Origin: a virus
Length of the DNA stretch: 64,000 nt
Virus record (IMG/VR): IMGVR_UViG_3300046328_001165
Location: 1-64,000 of that record
Direction: 5' to 3' (one strand)
Within the stretch, counting starts at the first letter, position 1, and every line of letters begins with the position of its first letter. Shown piece by piece: positions 19,220 through 29,363 of the stretch. Position numbers and translations under genes: made by a program. The notes under the pieces were generated by a model. The model ran no database searches. It worked only from the letters and a program-made list of their open reading frames with translations, and had not been told where the DNA came from.

Positions 19220-19306
19220 AGCGATCGCACAAGTAAATGTCGTAATACTAGCGATCGCCACCACGGAGAGTTTAGAAAGGGCGTATTTGGCGATCAAAGC
19301 AGACGT

Positions 19307-19762
19307 TTAAGCAGGAATGGCGATCGGCATATTATTGGTCTCTGCGGAATTTTTAAGTCGATTTCTCTGCCCTTCACTCAGCAACCCAACAATGCTATCC
19401 ACCCTGAATTGCAGATTCCGAATGTCATTTTCGGTCAACGTCTGAGAAAGCGCCGAACGGCACAGGGAATATATTCCTTCAGCCTGATCTGCTACTGTTA
19501 AAGCGAGTTCAGCGCCGCCATAAACAGCATTTCTATTGTCGAAAATAAGCTCTGCATACAAGCTATCTAAATCGGTTAAAAATTGCTGATAACTTGGCTG
19601 CGATTCGCTTGGGATATCTTCGATTTCCACCGTTTTTAAACTAAATATTTCTTCAGCCTTTTTTGCTTTACTATTTTTGTCAAGTAAACACAAATTTGCA
19701 TCAGACTTGTTTGAGAATTGGATTATTTCTGATTGATTAAAGACTTCATACAGTGTTCTCAT
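19307..19762 (-). CDS. Putative fibre assembly chaperone
   Basis: Directly follows the fibre gene; start moved to MRTLYE. Confidence 0.5.
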   Translation of the reverse strand: MRTLYEVFNQSEIIQFSNKSDANLCLLDKNSKAKKAEEIFSLKTVEIEDIPSESQPSYQQFLTDLDSLYAELIFDNRNAVYGGAELALTVADQAEGIYSLCRSALSQTLTENDIRNLQFRVDSIVGLLSEGQRNRLKNSAETNNMPIAIPA

Positions 19763-19766
19763 AGTT

Positions 19767-20876
19767 TTATTTGTTGATATATATTCTGTGAACGCTATCG
19801 TCAAGAAAAACAGGGCGTATGTTTGAGCCTACGAGCTTGGCAAGCCTATAGGCTAAACCAGTATTTCTTCCACTAGCTACAGGTATATTGGTGTCGATGC
19901 TGCCAACAAATACACCACCAATAAAGAAATCTGCTCTAGTACCCGACCTATTAACTTCTGTTCTGTATTTGCGCCAATTTTCTGCGCCTTGCGTGACAGG
20001 CACAGTTGTTACTATAGTTGTTCTGATTGAATTAGAAGAACAAACTAATCTCCAAAAGTTGCCGCTAACAGCCTCATCGTACTCAAAGTAAACGCCATCC
20101 TGTACCACTACCCCCGCAGATTGATCCAGATATCCAAACTGAAGTCTGAACCTCTCTGTGGCTGTGGACAGATTTTGGATTGCTAGGGAAGTTTCATGGA
20201 CAAACAGCTTATTGCTGCCGAAAATAATACCGCCGCCTGTGCTGTTTTTCCACATGGTTACGATACCTGTCGCGGTAGAACCTGTGGTCATAAACACACT
20301 GCCTACCCTATTAACATTGGCTAAAGACAAGGTGGCACTTGCGCCAGCACCGTTTTGTGCGGTTGACCAGCTATCTTGACCCGCCGTAGAAAAACCTAGC
20401 CAGTCCTCTATTTGCTCAAGCATTTTCGAGTTGTCAGGTCTGGATATTTTCTGTACCCAAACACCTTGATCGGTTGTGTTATCTACCAAAGTGAATCGAA
20501 TTTCGTTGTAAGGCTCTAACCTTGCAATATCAGTGTTAGCACCATTCTGAACAACCACAATTTCTGTGTTATCGCTTAAAACGGTGATTATTTTACCGAT
20601 TGGCAGGGTAGTAGCATCGGGGAAGCTTATAGCAAAAAATTCGGCAGTGCCTCGAACAACAACAGAGCTGGTGGTAGCAGAAAGGGCGATCGCGCCAGAG
20701 GCTGTGCTTGTGACAACCAAACTTTCTGGCGCGAAGGATAGGAAGGTGTTATCTATCTTGCCAGCCGAATTAGTTGCAACGATCTTTCCGCTATCGCCAG
20801 CCCCTAAAGAGCTGGCGATAGCGGTGATCAGTTGCAACTGATTCCCAATGTAGGTAAGTAGCTGATTTAAAGCCAT
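19767..20876 (-). CDS. Tail/head fibre protein with lectin-like C-terminal domain
   Basis: N-terminus paralogous to 20881..21393; FPDATTLPIGK and DGVYFEY...DFFIGG...TNIP motifs. Confidence 0.75.
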   Translation of the reverse strand: MALNQLLTYIGNQLQLITAIASSLGAGDSGKIVATNSAGKIDNTFLSFAPESLVVTSTASGAIALSATTSSVVVRGTAEFFAISFPDATTLPIGKIITVLSDNTEIVVVQNGANTDIARLEPYNEIRFTLVDNTTDQGVWVQKISRPDNSKMLEQIEDWLGFSTAGQDSWSTAQNGAGASATLSLANVNRVGSVFMTTGSTATGIVTMWKNSTGGGIIFGSNKLFVHETSLAIQNLSTATERFRLQFGYLDQSAGVVVQDGVYFEYDEAVSGNFWRLVCSSNSIRTTIVTTVPVTQGAENWRKYRTEVNRSGTRADFFIGGVFVGSIDTNIPVASGRNTGLAYRLAKLVGSNIRPVFLDDSVHRIYINK

Positions 20877-20880
20877 TTGA

Positions 20881-21393
20881 TTAGGCGACGTATACGGCTT
20901 GAGTGGGTTGAAATGCGATCGCTGTAGTCGATACGGCAAAGCCTAAGCCTTGGATAACGTTACCACTGACAAAAGCGGGAACGTTAGGGTCAACCGATCC
21001 TGCGGGGGCTCCCAAGTAATAGTATTCCCCAACATCTAGCCCAGTCAGGGCTGTATTGGAGCCGCTACGATAAACTGTCGCATTTGCTGCGCTAGCAACA
21101 GCACCCAACACGAAGCCATTGGCGGGGCGACCATTATCTGCATCTGCTTTGCGAACGTTAGGGGTTCCTGCGTTGTCGTAAACATTAACAAAATCGCCGC
21201 CCGACAGAGCTTCCGATGCGAGGACAGTCTGAGTATCGGGAGCTAAACCGACGGGCATGAAAGTTAGGTCAAGTCTACCTGAAGCATCAGTTTGAGGGAT
21301 TTTGTTACCATCTGCCGCACCCGAACTAGAAACAATTGAAGTTACCAGTTGAAGGGCATTTCCGATGTAAGTGAGAAATTGATTAGCTGCCAT
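20881..21393 (-). CDS. Fibre-base/cement-like structural protein
   Basis: ASEALSGGDFVNVY...RKADA...ANGFV...GEYYYL beta-tulip-like pattern. Confidence 0.7.
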   Translation of the reverse strand: MAANQFLTYIGNALQLVTSIVSSSGAADGNKIPQTDASGRLDLTFMPVGLAPDTQTVLASEALSGGDFVNVYDNAGTPNVRKADADNGRPANGFVLGAVASAANATVYRSGSNTALTGLDVGEYYYLGAPAGSVDPNVPAFVSGNVIQGLGFAVSTTAIAFQPTQAVYVA

Positions 21394-22262
21394 TAGTTTA
21401 TTTGAACTCCTTGAGAGATTTTTAGGTTGATAGTCGTCGGTGCTTCGGCATTGCCGATGGGCACAATGTATCCAGAAACAGGGACGATCGTAGTGATATC
21501 CCCGCTAGAGCCAAGGTACAGCGGTGCGCCCCTTGCCCAATTCCAACTAGGGTCTGTCACCAATCCGCTAAGCACTACGGTGGGTGCAACGCCGCCAGAA
21601 ACAGCCTGAAAAGTTAAGCCCAAAACTGTTGCGTCACTAGAACTGTCGGCATATACAAGTTGATCTAAGTTATTAAGCTTTATCAATTTAAGGGCGCTTA
21701 GCGCCGCTCCTGCCAAATACGATTGGGTTGTGGATTGGGATTTTAGGGAGGGCTTGACTACCCAGCTAGCTCCAAAGTTGGAGACAACAACATCCCCTTT
21801 GTCTCCATCGGTAACACTTCCTTCTATACCTCGTTCACCCCGCTCACCTTGCTCACCCTGTTCGCCTTTGACTAGGGTAAGAACCGAAGCCAGAACCTCA
21901 ACGGGTACGCTAGAAATTCCTATGTCAAGGATTATGTCGTAACCCGTGTTTATAGAGTCGTTGCTAGGAGTTGATGAGGGGTTTACATAAGCGATCGCCA
22001 AAGTAAAACTCTTAACACCGAAAGAGCTGTCATCGAGGAACAACTGAAGAGGGTAGGGACGTGCGGAGACCAAAAAAGCGGATCTGTCTGAGGAGATTTG
22101 GAATCTAAAAACTCTGGGGTCTGCGGTGGGTTCAGGGATAAAGATATCGCCAAACATTGACAGCTTAATTTCTTGAAGCCCCAAGATATCGTAATTGGCA
22201 TCAAGTCTAATGCCAATCGTATAGCTATCGCCCTGCCGAAAACTGAAAGTGGTCGCCGCCAT
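21393..22262 (-). CDS. Fibre protein with short collagen-like stretch and cement-like C-terminus
   Basis: KGEQGEQGERGERG, DGDKGDVVVS and GAPLYLG motifs; start moved to MAATT. Confidence 0.75.
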   Translation of the reverse strand: MAATTFSFRQGDSYTIGIRLDANYDILGLQEIKLSMFGDIFIPEPTADPRVFRFQISSDRSAFLVSARPYPLQLFLDDSSFGVKSFTLAIAYVNPSSTPSNDSINTGYDIILDIGISSVPVEVLASVLTLVKGEQGEQGERGERGIEGSVTDGDKGDVVVSNFGASWVVKPSLKSQSTTQSYLAGAALSALKLIKLNNLDQLVYADSSSDATVLGLTFQAVSGGVAPTVVLSGLVTDPSWNWARGAPLYLGSSGDITTIVPVSGYIVPIGNAEAPTTINLKISQGVQIN

Positions 22263-22358
22263 CTGGCTCAAAAGGAAAGAATAGATCCAAAATAGCAATT
22301 CGCGTTTATAGCGCTGAGGCTCTCACTGTATTGGCGATCGCCTACTATTAGCCGAAGT

Positions 22359-22372
22359 ATTCCGATCTGAAT
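22359..22372 (+). repeat. Dispersed 14-bp motif, copy 3
   Basis: Exact match, followed by C-ATG (22374). Confidence 0.85.
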
Positions 22373-22373
22373 C

Positions 22374-22943
22374 ATGGCTAAATGCGGTAAAGGCTATATA
22401 TCAGCAGGTAAGCGCTGTCTCAAGCAAGGCGAGGGCGGTGGTGTTTCCTATGCTGGTCACACTTTCCCTGGCTTTAACAAGCCAGTTAAGTCATGGCGAC
22501 CAGGCAAGAAACGTGCCGTATTAGTCAAAAAGGGCGATCGCGTCAAGGTTGTGCATTACGGCGCAACTGGATATCAGAACAACTACAGCGCCGAAGCCAA
22601 GAAAAGTTACTTAGCGCGATCGGCGGGTATTAAGAACAAGTCGGGCGGCTCCACGGCTAACGACGTATTTAGTCCGAATCATTGGGCGAGAAAAGATTTG
22701 TGGTCAAAAAAGCTCCCTCCCGATGGCAGTAACAAATATAAGGTGGATTCTATGGATGGCAAATGCGGATGCTCTGACTGTAAGAAGAAGGGCTCAACCA
22801 AGTCTGAGTGCGGCTGCGGCGACAAAGAAGAAGTGCCGAACTACAAGAAGCCCTTAATTCGGAAAAGAGTTGATTCGACCAAACCCGCTGAATATCAAGC
22901 CGCCTACCTAGAAGTGAAAAGAAGTTATGCCCGATCTCGATAA
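22374..22943 (+). CDS. Basic virion-associated protein (CGKGYIS..KRC motif plus DUF5754-like domain)
   Basis: KKRAVLVKKGDRVKVVHYG...YLARS...SPNHWARKDLW; KVD and RVD motifs. Confidence 0.6.
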   Translation: MAKCGKGYISAGKRCLKQGEGGGVSYAGHTFPGFNKPVKSWRPGKKRAVLVKKGDRVKVVHYGATGYQNNYSAEAKKSYLARSAGIKNKSGGSTANDVFSPNHWARKDLWSKKLPPDGSNKYKVDSMDGKCGCSDCKKKGSTKSECGCGDKEEVPNYKKPLIRKRVDSTKPAEYQAAYLEVKRSYARSR

Positions 22944-25900
22944 AAACTACCTTGCTGGTTTATACCTAGACGAAATTACTCTTGATGTTATGCCTCAAGA
23001 GTATATTGATGCAGCCTTAGAAGTGAAGCTCCGTTATGACGCTTGCCCCCCAAGATCAGGGTATAACTGCGTTCAGGATAGACGAGTCAAAGGTGGTTTT
23101 TACTATCGGAAAGCCCCTCAAGGGCAGGGAGTGAACGCCCTACCTCCATCAAAAATGGAGCGAGCTTTGGCGCGATCGCGAGAACAACCCACACAGAGAT
23201 CGGGTATAGGTTTTCTCGGCAAAGCGGCGATCGGGGCTGGTGTGGCGATCGGGGGGCTGGCGCTAACTGGCGCTCTGGTAAATGCTGGTCGATCAAGTGA
23301 GCCTTATCAAGAACCCGCTAGACAGAAGCCTGAAAAAGCGAAGACTTCTTACACTGCCGCGACTGTTGGCGTGAGCGCTGCTGCGGCGACGGTTGGTGCG
23401 GCAGTGTTTGGTCTGGGTAGAAAGCCCCAGCCTCAAGAGGTTGATGAGACAATTAAGCCACAAGAATCGGCAAAGCCTCCCCAAACAACTGAGGAGGCTC
23501 AGAGAGGGGAGGGGGCGAGCGAAGCTGCATACGATATTGCGGCAATAAAAGAGGTGGCTTCAGTTCCTCTTATCTCCGCAATGAAAGCTTATGAGAATGC
23601 TTTAGCTCCAAAATACGTGGGTAAAGCAGGGCTTGGAGGGCTTGATCTTGCTCAGGCTAGAGCAAAAGCTGCTTCGTATGGGAAGCCCGAAGGTGACGAG
23701 GACTTTGTAAGGGTCTCAGACATGGAGAAGGGCAGACCCACGAAGCCAACAAAAGCTAGTCGAGAAGAAACCTCGGCGAATCTACAAAAAATCTATGACA
23801 AGCTTGAAGAGTATGGCTTAGATGACTCAATCGAGTTTAGAAACACCCGTAGTCAGGCTCGTGGCAGGATGGGACAGGAGTTGACATCGCCATCCGCCAA
23901 TCCATATACCGTTACGAGAGGTGGTGTAACAACAAATTTTGGTGAAATAAGGTTCACACGATCGCCAAAGGATATTCAAAAGGCGATTGCTGAAAAGATT
24001 AAGAGTCAAGCTGAACCGAAAGAAAGAGTCAGAGAGAAGCCCCCTGAGCCGCCAGCTATTGCCGAAATCCCTGATTGGCTAAAAGAAGGTAGGGTTTACG
24101 GGAGCAAGGCAGGCGATCGTCCTGATGCAACACCTGCCGATGATCCCAATCCCGATACTGTGCAGGTTTCTTTGTCAGAGGCTAAAGCCCAGAAAGAGCA
24201 GGCGCAAGGTGCTTTGGCTAGGGAAATTAGACGTGGCGCTTCTGCCGCTGATGGGTTTGTAAACCAGTCAAGCCTCATGAACGACAAAGTTCTGAAAGGT
24301 CGTCTTTATGGCAATGACCCTGCAACGCTAATCGCTGAGGGGATAGATGAAGGGCGCATCCAAACCAAAAAGGTGGGCAGGAATACTTGTGTCCGCGACA
24401 TAGAGGCTATACCTCTAAAGGATTTTATCGCAGAAGCCAAGGGCTTGTCGGATGTAAAGGATTTGAATGGTGATCGCAGAGTTAAAGATCTCAACGATGC
24501 CCTTAATTACAAATCCCTAAAAGCGAGTAATGACGATGAGAGGGCTGGAGTTGTTGAGCTTAGAGCAGCGATCGCGAATATCCAAGAGGTTAAACCTGAG
24601 CAGCGTGGAGGTAAAGAACCGCCTGTATCAAAGCCTAATGGCGAAAGTGGAGAGGGCGGAGGTAAAAGGGTAAGAGGAGAGGGCTCAAAAACATCAAATG
24701 CTGCGAAGAATCTCAAAAGCCAGAAGCCAGTCGAAGAAGAATCCCCGATAATACCAATCAGTGATGAGCAGGCGATCGCCTTGACACAAAAAGACTTGGC
24801 GGAAAGACGGGCGCGACAAGAAAGGTTATCCATGTCAAGATCTGGTGTACCAACAAGACCAGACAATTACATCTCTCCAAAAAAAGCTGTAGAAGAAGAA
24901 GGTAAAAAACTTCGGGAACAGCTCGCAGAAGAAGGGGATGGTATAGACGTAGATGCTTTTAACAAAAAGATAAAGGCGTTACGCAATAACACAGTTATTG
25001 AAGGGCAGGTAGACTCGGACAGCAAGATTCGGGAGCTAACGGAAGAGTACGAACAAAGTCTAGCTGAAAAAAGAAGCTCGCTTGCCAGCGCCCGTGACAA
25101 GAAATCGGCTGATGCAATCAGATCCGAGATCTCTAAGCTTCAGGCGGAGGGTAAGGGGGCTGTCACCGCAAGAAAGAGCGAGATATACGAGAGCTTTGGA
25201 ATACCACCCCTCCTAGAGAATGAGAAAAAGAAGCCAGCCGCCGAGAAGACTCCATTAGAAACTCCCACTCCCAAACCAACCCCTGAATCAATGTCAACCA
25301 CACCTATCACCCCAGTGCCAAAAGCGGCTTCTGAGGAAAATGCCGCTGCGGTGTCGAAGGTAAGCAAAAAAAAGACCCCTCCAGTTAGAGAAGAGGAAAA
25401 TAGTAGCCCTACAGTAATCAAGCCAAAGGTGCAAGACATAGCAAGAATTGAGGATGTATATAATTCCCAAATCAAAGATGCGGAGGCTATTGGCGATAAG
25501 GCGCTAAAAGCTAGGGCTAAGCAAATCGCCTTTGAGGACAGGGAAAGAGCGATCGCGGCTCTAAGCAGCCCACCCGAACCTAGCGTTGCGCCAGCACCGC
25601 CAGTATCCGAAACTCCTAAGAGTTCAAGAGCAAAGCGTCAGCCAGTAAGCGTCGCAACCAATACCCCCGTAGAGATACCCCCTGTAAACCTAAAGACTCT
25701 ACAAAGTAATATTGATGCGACAAAGACTGCTGTAGCTAAGCTGGAGAAGAGCTTGGCGAGAATGGAATCTGGCGGAGATCCCTACAAGTCCGCGATAGAT
25801 ATTATGGGGACAAAGCAGGAGGAGCTGGACGGAATCACCAGAGAAAAGCTTATGAGTAAGCTAAAAAAGGCGATCGCCAAGAACAAAGAACGGGTCGCGG

Positions 25901-26022
25901 AAATGGAAAAGGAAGGTCGAGACTATATCGATAGTCAGACAAATAAAGACGCGATCGCCACATCAGAAGCCTACCTCAGCGCATATCACGAAACTCGTGA
26001 CAAATATCGGAGGGCTGGCTAG
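22927..26022 (+). CDS. Large low-complexity putative internal virion protein (RxD cargo family)
   Basis: 1031 aa; LRYD, a Cys pair, two Gly/Ala hydrophobic helices and a K/E/P-rich body; directly upstream of MuF. Confidence 0.7.
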   Translation: MPDLDKNYLAGLYLDEITLDVMPQEYIDAALEVKLRYDACPPRSGYNCVQDRRVKGGFYYRKAPQGQGVNALPPSKMERALARSREQPTQRSGIGFLGKAAIGAGVAIGGLALTGALVNAGRSSEPYQEPARQKPEKAKTSYTAATVGVSAAAATVGAAVFGLGRKPQPQEVDETIKPQESAKPPQTTEEAQRGEGASEAAYDIAAIKEVASVPLISAMKAYENALAPKYVGKAGLGGLDLAQARAKAASYGKPEGDEDFVRVSDMEKGRPTKPTKASREETSANLQKIYDKLEEYGLDDSIEFRNTRSQARGRMGQELTSPSANPYTVTRGGVTTNFGEIRFTRSPKDIQKAIAEKIKSQAEPKERVREKPPEPPAIAEIPDWLKEGRVYGSKAGDRPDATPADDPNPDTVQVSLSEAKAQKEQAQGALAREIRRGASAADGFVNQSSLMNDKVLKGRLYGNDPATLIAEGIDEGRIQTKKVGRNTCVRDIEAIPLKDFIAEAKGLSDVKDLNGDRRVKDLNDALNYKSLKASNDDERAGVVELRAAIANIQEVKPEQRGGKEPPVSKPNGESGEGGGKRVRGEGSKTSNAAKNLKSQKPVEEESPIIPISDEQAIALTQKDLAERRARQERLSMSRSGVPTRPDNYISPKKAVEEEGKKLREQLAEEGDGIDVDAFNKKIKALRNNTVIEGQVDSDSKIRELTEEYEQSLAEKRSSLASARDKKSADAIRSEISKLQAEGKGAVTARKSEIYESFGIPPLLENEKKKPAAEKTPLETPTPKPTPESMSTTPITPVPKAASEENAAAVSKVSKKKTPPVREEENSSPTVIKPKVQDIARIEDVYNSQIKDAEAIGDKALKARAKQIAFEDRERAIAALSSPPEPSVAPAPPVSETPKSSRAKRQPVSVATNTPVEIPPVNLKTLQSNIDATKTAVAKLEKSLARMESGGDPYKSAIDIMGTKQEELDGITREKLMSKLKKAIAKNKERVAEMEKEGRDYIDSQTNKDAIATSEAYLSAYHETRDKYRRAG

Positions 26023-26726
26023 TGGCAATACCTGAGTACCTCAAGTTAAAACCTGTTGACGCGATCGCTGCATTACGCGATCGCTTAGCTATACCAGTGT
26101 CCAGTCGAGCAATTACGGATGCCCGTTTTTACGACTATGCTTTTACAATTTCTGGTCTAATGCGAGCAGATTTGCTTGAGGCGACTAAGTGGCTAATCGA
26201 CAAATCCCTTGAGGATGGCACATCTTTTGAGAAGTTTACCCGCAGCTTCAACCGCCGCATCGGTCGCGCAGGATATCAGCCAAGTGGTCAGAGGATTAAG
26301 TTGATATTTGATACAAATATCAATAAGTCCTATTGGCAGGGACGGGAAAAGGTTATGCGGAGTCCTGAGATGCTAGCTAAAAGACCCTTGTGGTTGTGGC
26401 GCTGGCGGGACTCTGTAACTCCTCGCCCTGAGCACCAAGCTTTAAATAACAAAGCTATTCGGGCTGATCACCCATTCTGGAAGTCAATATCTTTCCCGTG
26501 TGGATTTGGCTGTCGCTGTTCTGTGTTCGCGGTGACGGAAGACTACTGCAAGCGCAACGGGATCGAAATTCTTGATAATCCGCCAGATCCTAAGATCATT
26601 GTCGATCCTAACTTTCGGCGTGGTACTGATATCAAAACTAGGGAGCAGATATTAGAACAGGGCTTGAAGAGATTGTCGCCAGACCTGCGATCGCAGGTTG
26701 AAAAACAGATTAAGGTGAAGAAATGA
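26022..26726 (+). CDS. Phage minor head protein, Mu gpF (MuF) family
   Basis: AFTISG, RIKLIFDTN, PRPEH and DHPFW...FPCGFGCRC motifs. Confidence 0.92.
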   Translation: MAIPEYLKLKPVDAIAALRDRLAIPVSSRAITDARFYDYAFTISGLMRADLLEATKWLIDKSLEDGTSFEKFTRSFNRRIGRAGYQPSGQRIKLIFDTNINKSYWQGREKVMRSPEMLAKRPLWLWRWRDSVTPRPEHQALNNKAIRADHPFWKSISFPCGFGCRCSVFAVTEDYCKRNGIEILDNPPDPKIIVDPNFRRGTDIKTREQILEQGLKRLSPDLRSQVEKQIKVKK

Positions 26727-26844
26727 GTAGTTGTGACCAAGGCAGGATGGACGTATGAGAGCTCGAACGAACGCGAAGGTCGAACGACTCATTTTGATTG
26801 ATCGGCGTTAAGCGATAATAATTAGTAGTAGTTAGGAGTTGAGA

Positions 26845-27024
26845 ATGCTGTCAAAAGAAGAACGTATGTTCGTAGCTAGAGCTTTTGCCGCCTCCAAATC
26901 GGTAGAGCAGTTTGATCGTGCAATAGCGAGAAAAGGTTTAATTAGTCCAGAACAGACAAAGGAAGTGTCCGATCTTGTCTTCGCGATCGCCACTAACAAA
27001 CCCGTGCCGAAAAGCAATGGCTGA
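26845..27024 (+). CDS. Small hypothetical protein
   Basis: AGGAG RBS; overlaps the next gene. Confidence 0.55.
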   Translation: MLSKEERMFVARAFAASKSVEQFDRAIARKGLISPEQTKEVSDLVFAIATNKPVPKSNG

Positions 27025-27454
27025 CCCCGTAATCTCGCTCACCTACGACGACAAATCCATCCAGAAGCGATTGCAGAGGTTGGTCAAAAAAGTATCCGAC
27101 CTCACTCCAGTCATGAATGAGATCGGACAGCAATTGCTGCTAAGTACAGACCAGCGATTTGAGAAAGAGGTTGACCCTGACGGTGTGCCTTGGAAGCCCA
27201 ATACGCCATACACCCGCAGGCTCAAAAAAGCTAAGGGGCTTATCGGCAAAATCCTCCAAGCGTCAGGGCGTGGTCGAGCCTCAATTAATTATGGGGCAAC
27301 GAAAGATCGCGTCGTTGTGGGTACGAATGTCGAATACATGCGTAAACACCAGCTTGGGCTAGAAGGCTTGCCCGTTCGTAAATTCTTGGGTATATCCAAG
27401 GAAGACGCGGCAGAAATCGGGATCATTCTGGATGGCTACCTTAACGGCGACTAA
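27017..27454 (+). CDS. Phage virion morphogenesis protein (Mu gpG-like)
   Basis: DLTPVMNEIG...RFEKEVDPDGVPW...VGTNVEY..HQLG...P.RKFLG. Confidence 0.9.
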   Translation: MADPVISLTYDDKSIQKRLQRLVKKVSDLTPVMNEIGQQLLLSTDQRFEKEVDPDGVPWKPNTPYTRRLKKAKGLIGKILQASGRGRASINYGATKDRVVVGTNVEYMRKHQLGLEGLPVRKFLGISKEDAAEIGIILDGYLNGD

Positions 27455-27457
27455 TTT

Positions 27458-29332
27458 CTAATGCTTGAATAAGCTTTCAGGAAACTCAGTCCGATCGCAC
27501 CAACGAGAAACTAGATCCAACTGAGTTGGGGTCTGCACGAGGTAGTCACATCGATAGCCGAGGGATTTTGCTGCAACTACGACCTCGCCGCTGAAGGCGA
27601 AAGGGTCTAAGAAAGACTCGTTAGCATCCCCGAAAGAGGTCAGGATATTATGTAATGGTTCTAATGCCATCTTGGGAAGGGCTGATCGTAGTGGTAAAGG
27701 GGTGTCCTCTTGGGTAGTAAACAGCAGCAATTCCTCGTAGTCTTGGTGTATGAGTGTGCGGCTTGAAGAGGCGATCGCGAGTCTGGGTTTTTCGTCGTGA
27801 GAGTATATACCGCCGTCCAAACCCCGTAAATACAATCGATTGGCACTAGATACCTTACACTCCATTTCATTGATCACCGCCAAGGAGTATCTGTGCGGCA
27901 ATATCAGGGCGAACACTCCATCCTCAGCAAGCATCCTGTATATGTAGTCTTCGTTCTGGAATAGGTCTTCCATTCCGCTACTGCCGAGGCGTGAGAGTAT
28001 AAGTCCGTACTGCTTTGGCTCGTGAAAAGCGTAGTCGCGCAAGGATGAAACGATCCCCTTGGGTTGGTACTGCTCTTCAATCCAAACACGCTTCTCGGTG
28101 GCTAACTTAGAAGCCGCTGGTGTAGCCTTCACCTGCACGGGGTTGGGCTCAGAACTTTTTGGGGGTGGGGCGATTGTTAGGACTTCCTGCTGAATGTGTG
28201 TTGTACCCTCAATCTTTCTAAAGTTGTCGTACTTTTGATCGATGTAAGCGTAGCGATCAATTACGGTGCGAGCAGCTTCAGCGACATCGACGAGCCTATA
28301 AAATTTGGCGCTACGAGTTTCTATCTGCCTGATCAGCTCAGCGCGAAATTCTTCCTTGAGATTCGCGACCTTCTCTTCAGCCTTGCCTGCCACTACTTCG
28401 TGGTATTTGTGAATAAAGGGTAGATCCTGAGATTCATAGGTTTTGTTCACCTCGCAAATTAGCTGCGGCAGCAGTGTTTTTGCTAGTTGCGATTCGTCGT
28501 TAGCCGCGCACTGGCTGGCAATCTCTCCACGAATATATTCCCATCGAAGCCAGTCGCCCCAGCGATCAGGGTAGGAAGTGGATCTATTTAGCAGGTCCTT
28601 AGCTTCTTTGATAGTGTTTGCGAGCTTAGTTCGTTGATTTGCTGTGATCAGCGTGTGGTGGCGTAAGTAGAATTCTGCAATCCAAAGCTGATCCTCTTTA
28701 TCAAAATACATAAACTCAACCACGCGATCGGTGGTTCTGAACAGTCCATTTTTAGGTTCGGTCAGAACTTCAACGTCTTGCAGATCCTTGTTAGGCGAGT
28801 TTGCGGCAACATAGTCTACGAACTTACAAGCTTGGATGAATCTGGAAATCCGAGACGAGTTATACCCCACCTTTTTGGCATAATCGGGCTGGGGCATCCC
28901 CGTCTCAACGCAGGTATAATAAGCCAGCCGAGCCAGCCTCCAGTTCTCCATTCTGCGCTGCGTGTTCAGGGTTGAAAGCTTGATTAGAGCGTCCTCTTCA
29001 GTCAACTCTTCATCCACGATCGCGGGAATGTAGTCTTGCTCAATCTCCCTAAGAACCCTCGTGAGCATCCACATAGCGACAAAGCGATGGTTGCCTTCAA
29101 CAGCCTGTAAGCGATCACCTACAGGTCTTAGCAACATAGGCTTATTAGGGTTGTAGCCCTGAACCCGTAAAAGCTCGATTAGCGCTTCAACTTGAGCTTC
29201 TTCAACTTTTACTGGGTAGCCTAATATCTCACTGTATTTTTGCGAAACAGGGGCTGGATTCTGCGGATGGGTAACAATTAGGTCGATAGGTGCTTTGACC
29301 AAGCTACCAGAGGGGAGTGGCTCGTAGGGCAT
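27458..29332 (-). CDS. ParB N-terminal domain + HTH + degenerate methyltransferase-fold protein
   Basis: HPQNP...PMLLRP...VEGNHRFVA (ParBc), YAKKVGYNSSRISR (HTH), C-terminal FLDPFAFSG; no DPPY motif. Confidence 0.8.
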   Translation of the reverse strand: MPYEPLPSGSLVKAPIDLIVTHPQNPAPVSQKYSEILGYPVKVEEAQVEALIELLRVQGYNPNKPMLLRPVGDRLQAVEGNHRFVAMWMLTRVLREIEQDYIPAIVDEELTEEDALIKLSTLNTQRRMENWRLARLAYYTCVETGMPQPDYAKKVGYNSSRISRFIQACKFVDYVAANSPNKDLQDVEVLTEPKNGLFRTTDRVVEFMYFDKEDQLWIAEFYLRHHTLITANQRTKLANTIKEAKDLLNRSTSYPDRWGDWLRWEYIRGEIASQCAANDESQLAKTLLPQLICEVNKTYESQDLPFIHKYHEVVAGKAEEKVANLKEEFRAELIRQIETRSAKFYRLVDVAEAARTVIDRYAYIDQKYDNFRKIEGTTHIQQEVLTIAPPPKSSEPNPVQVKATPAASKLATEKRVWIEEQYQPKGIVSSLRDYAFHEPKQYGLILSRLGSSGMEDLFQNEDYIYRMLAEDGVFALILPHRYSLAVINEMECKVSSANRLYLRGLDGGIYSHDEKPRLAIASSSRTLIHQDYEELLLFTTQEDTPLPLRSALPKMALEPLHNILTSFGDANESFLDPFAFSGEVVVAAKSLGYRCDYLVQTPTQLDLVSRWCDRTEFPESLFKH

Positions 29333-29349
29333 GATGATTTTTCTTGATG

Positions 29350-29363
29350 ATTCCGATCTGAAT
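29350..29363 (+). repeat. Dispersed 14-bp motif, copy 4
   Basis: Exact match in the spacer upstream of the ParB-like gene. Confidence 0.85.

Noticed and set aside
26022-26726. MuF polymorphic toxin
   Set aside because: Short MuF with no C-terminal toxin extension.
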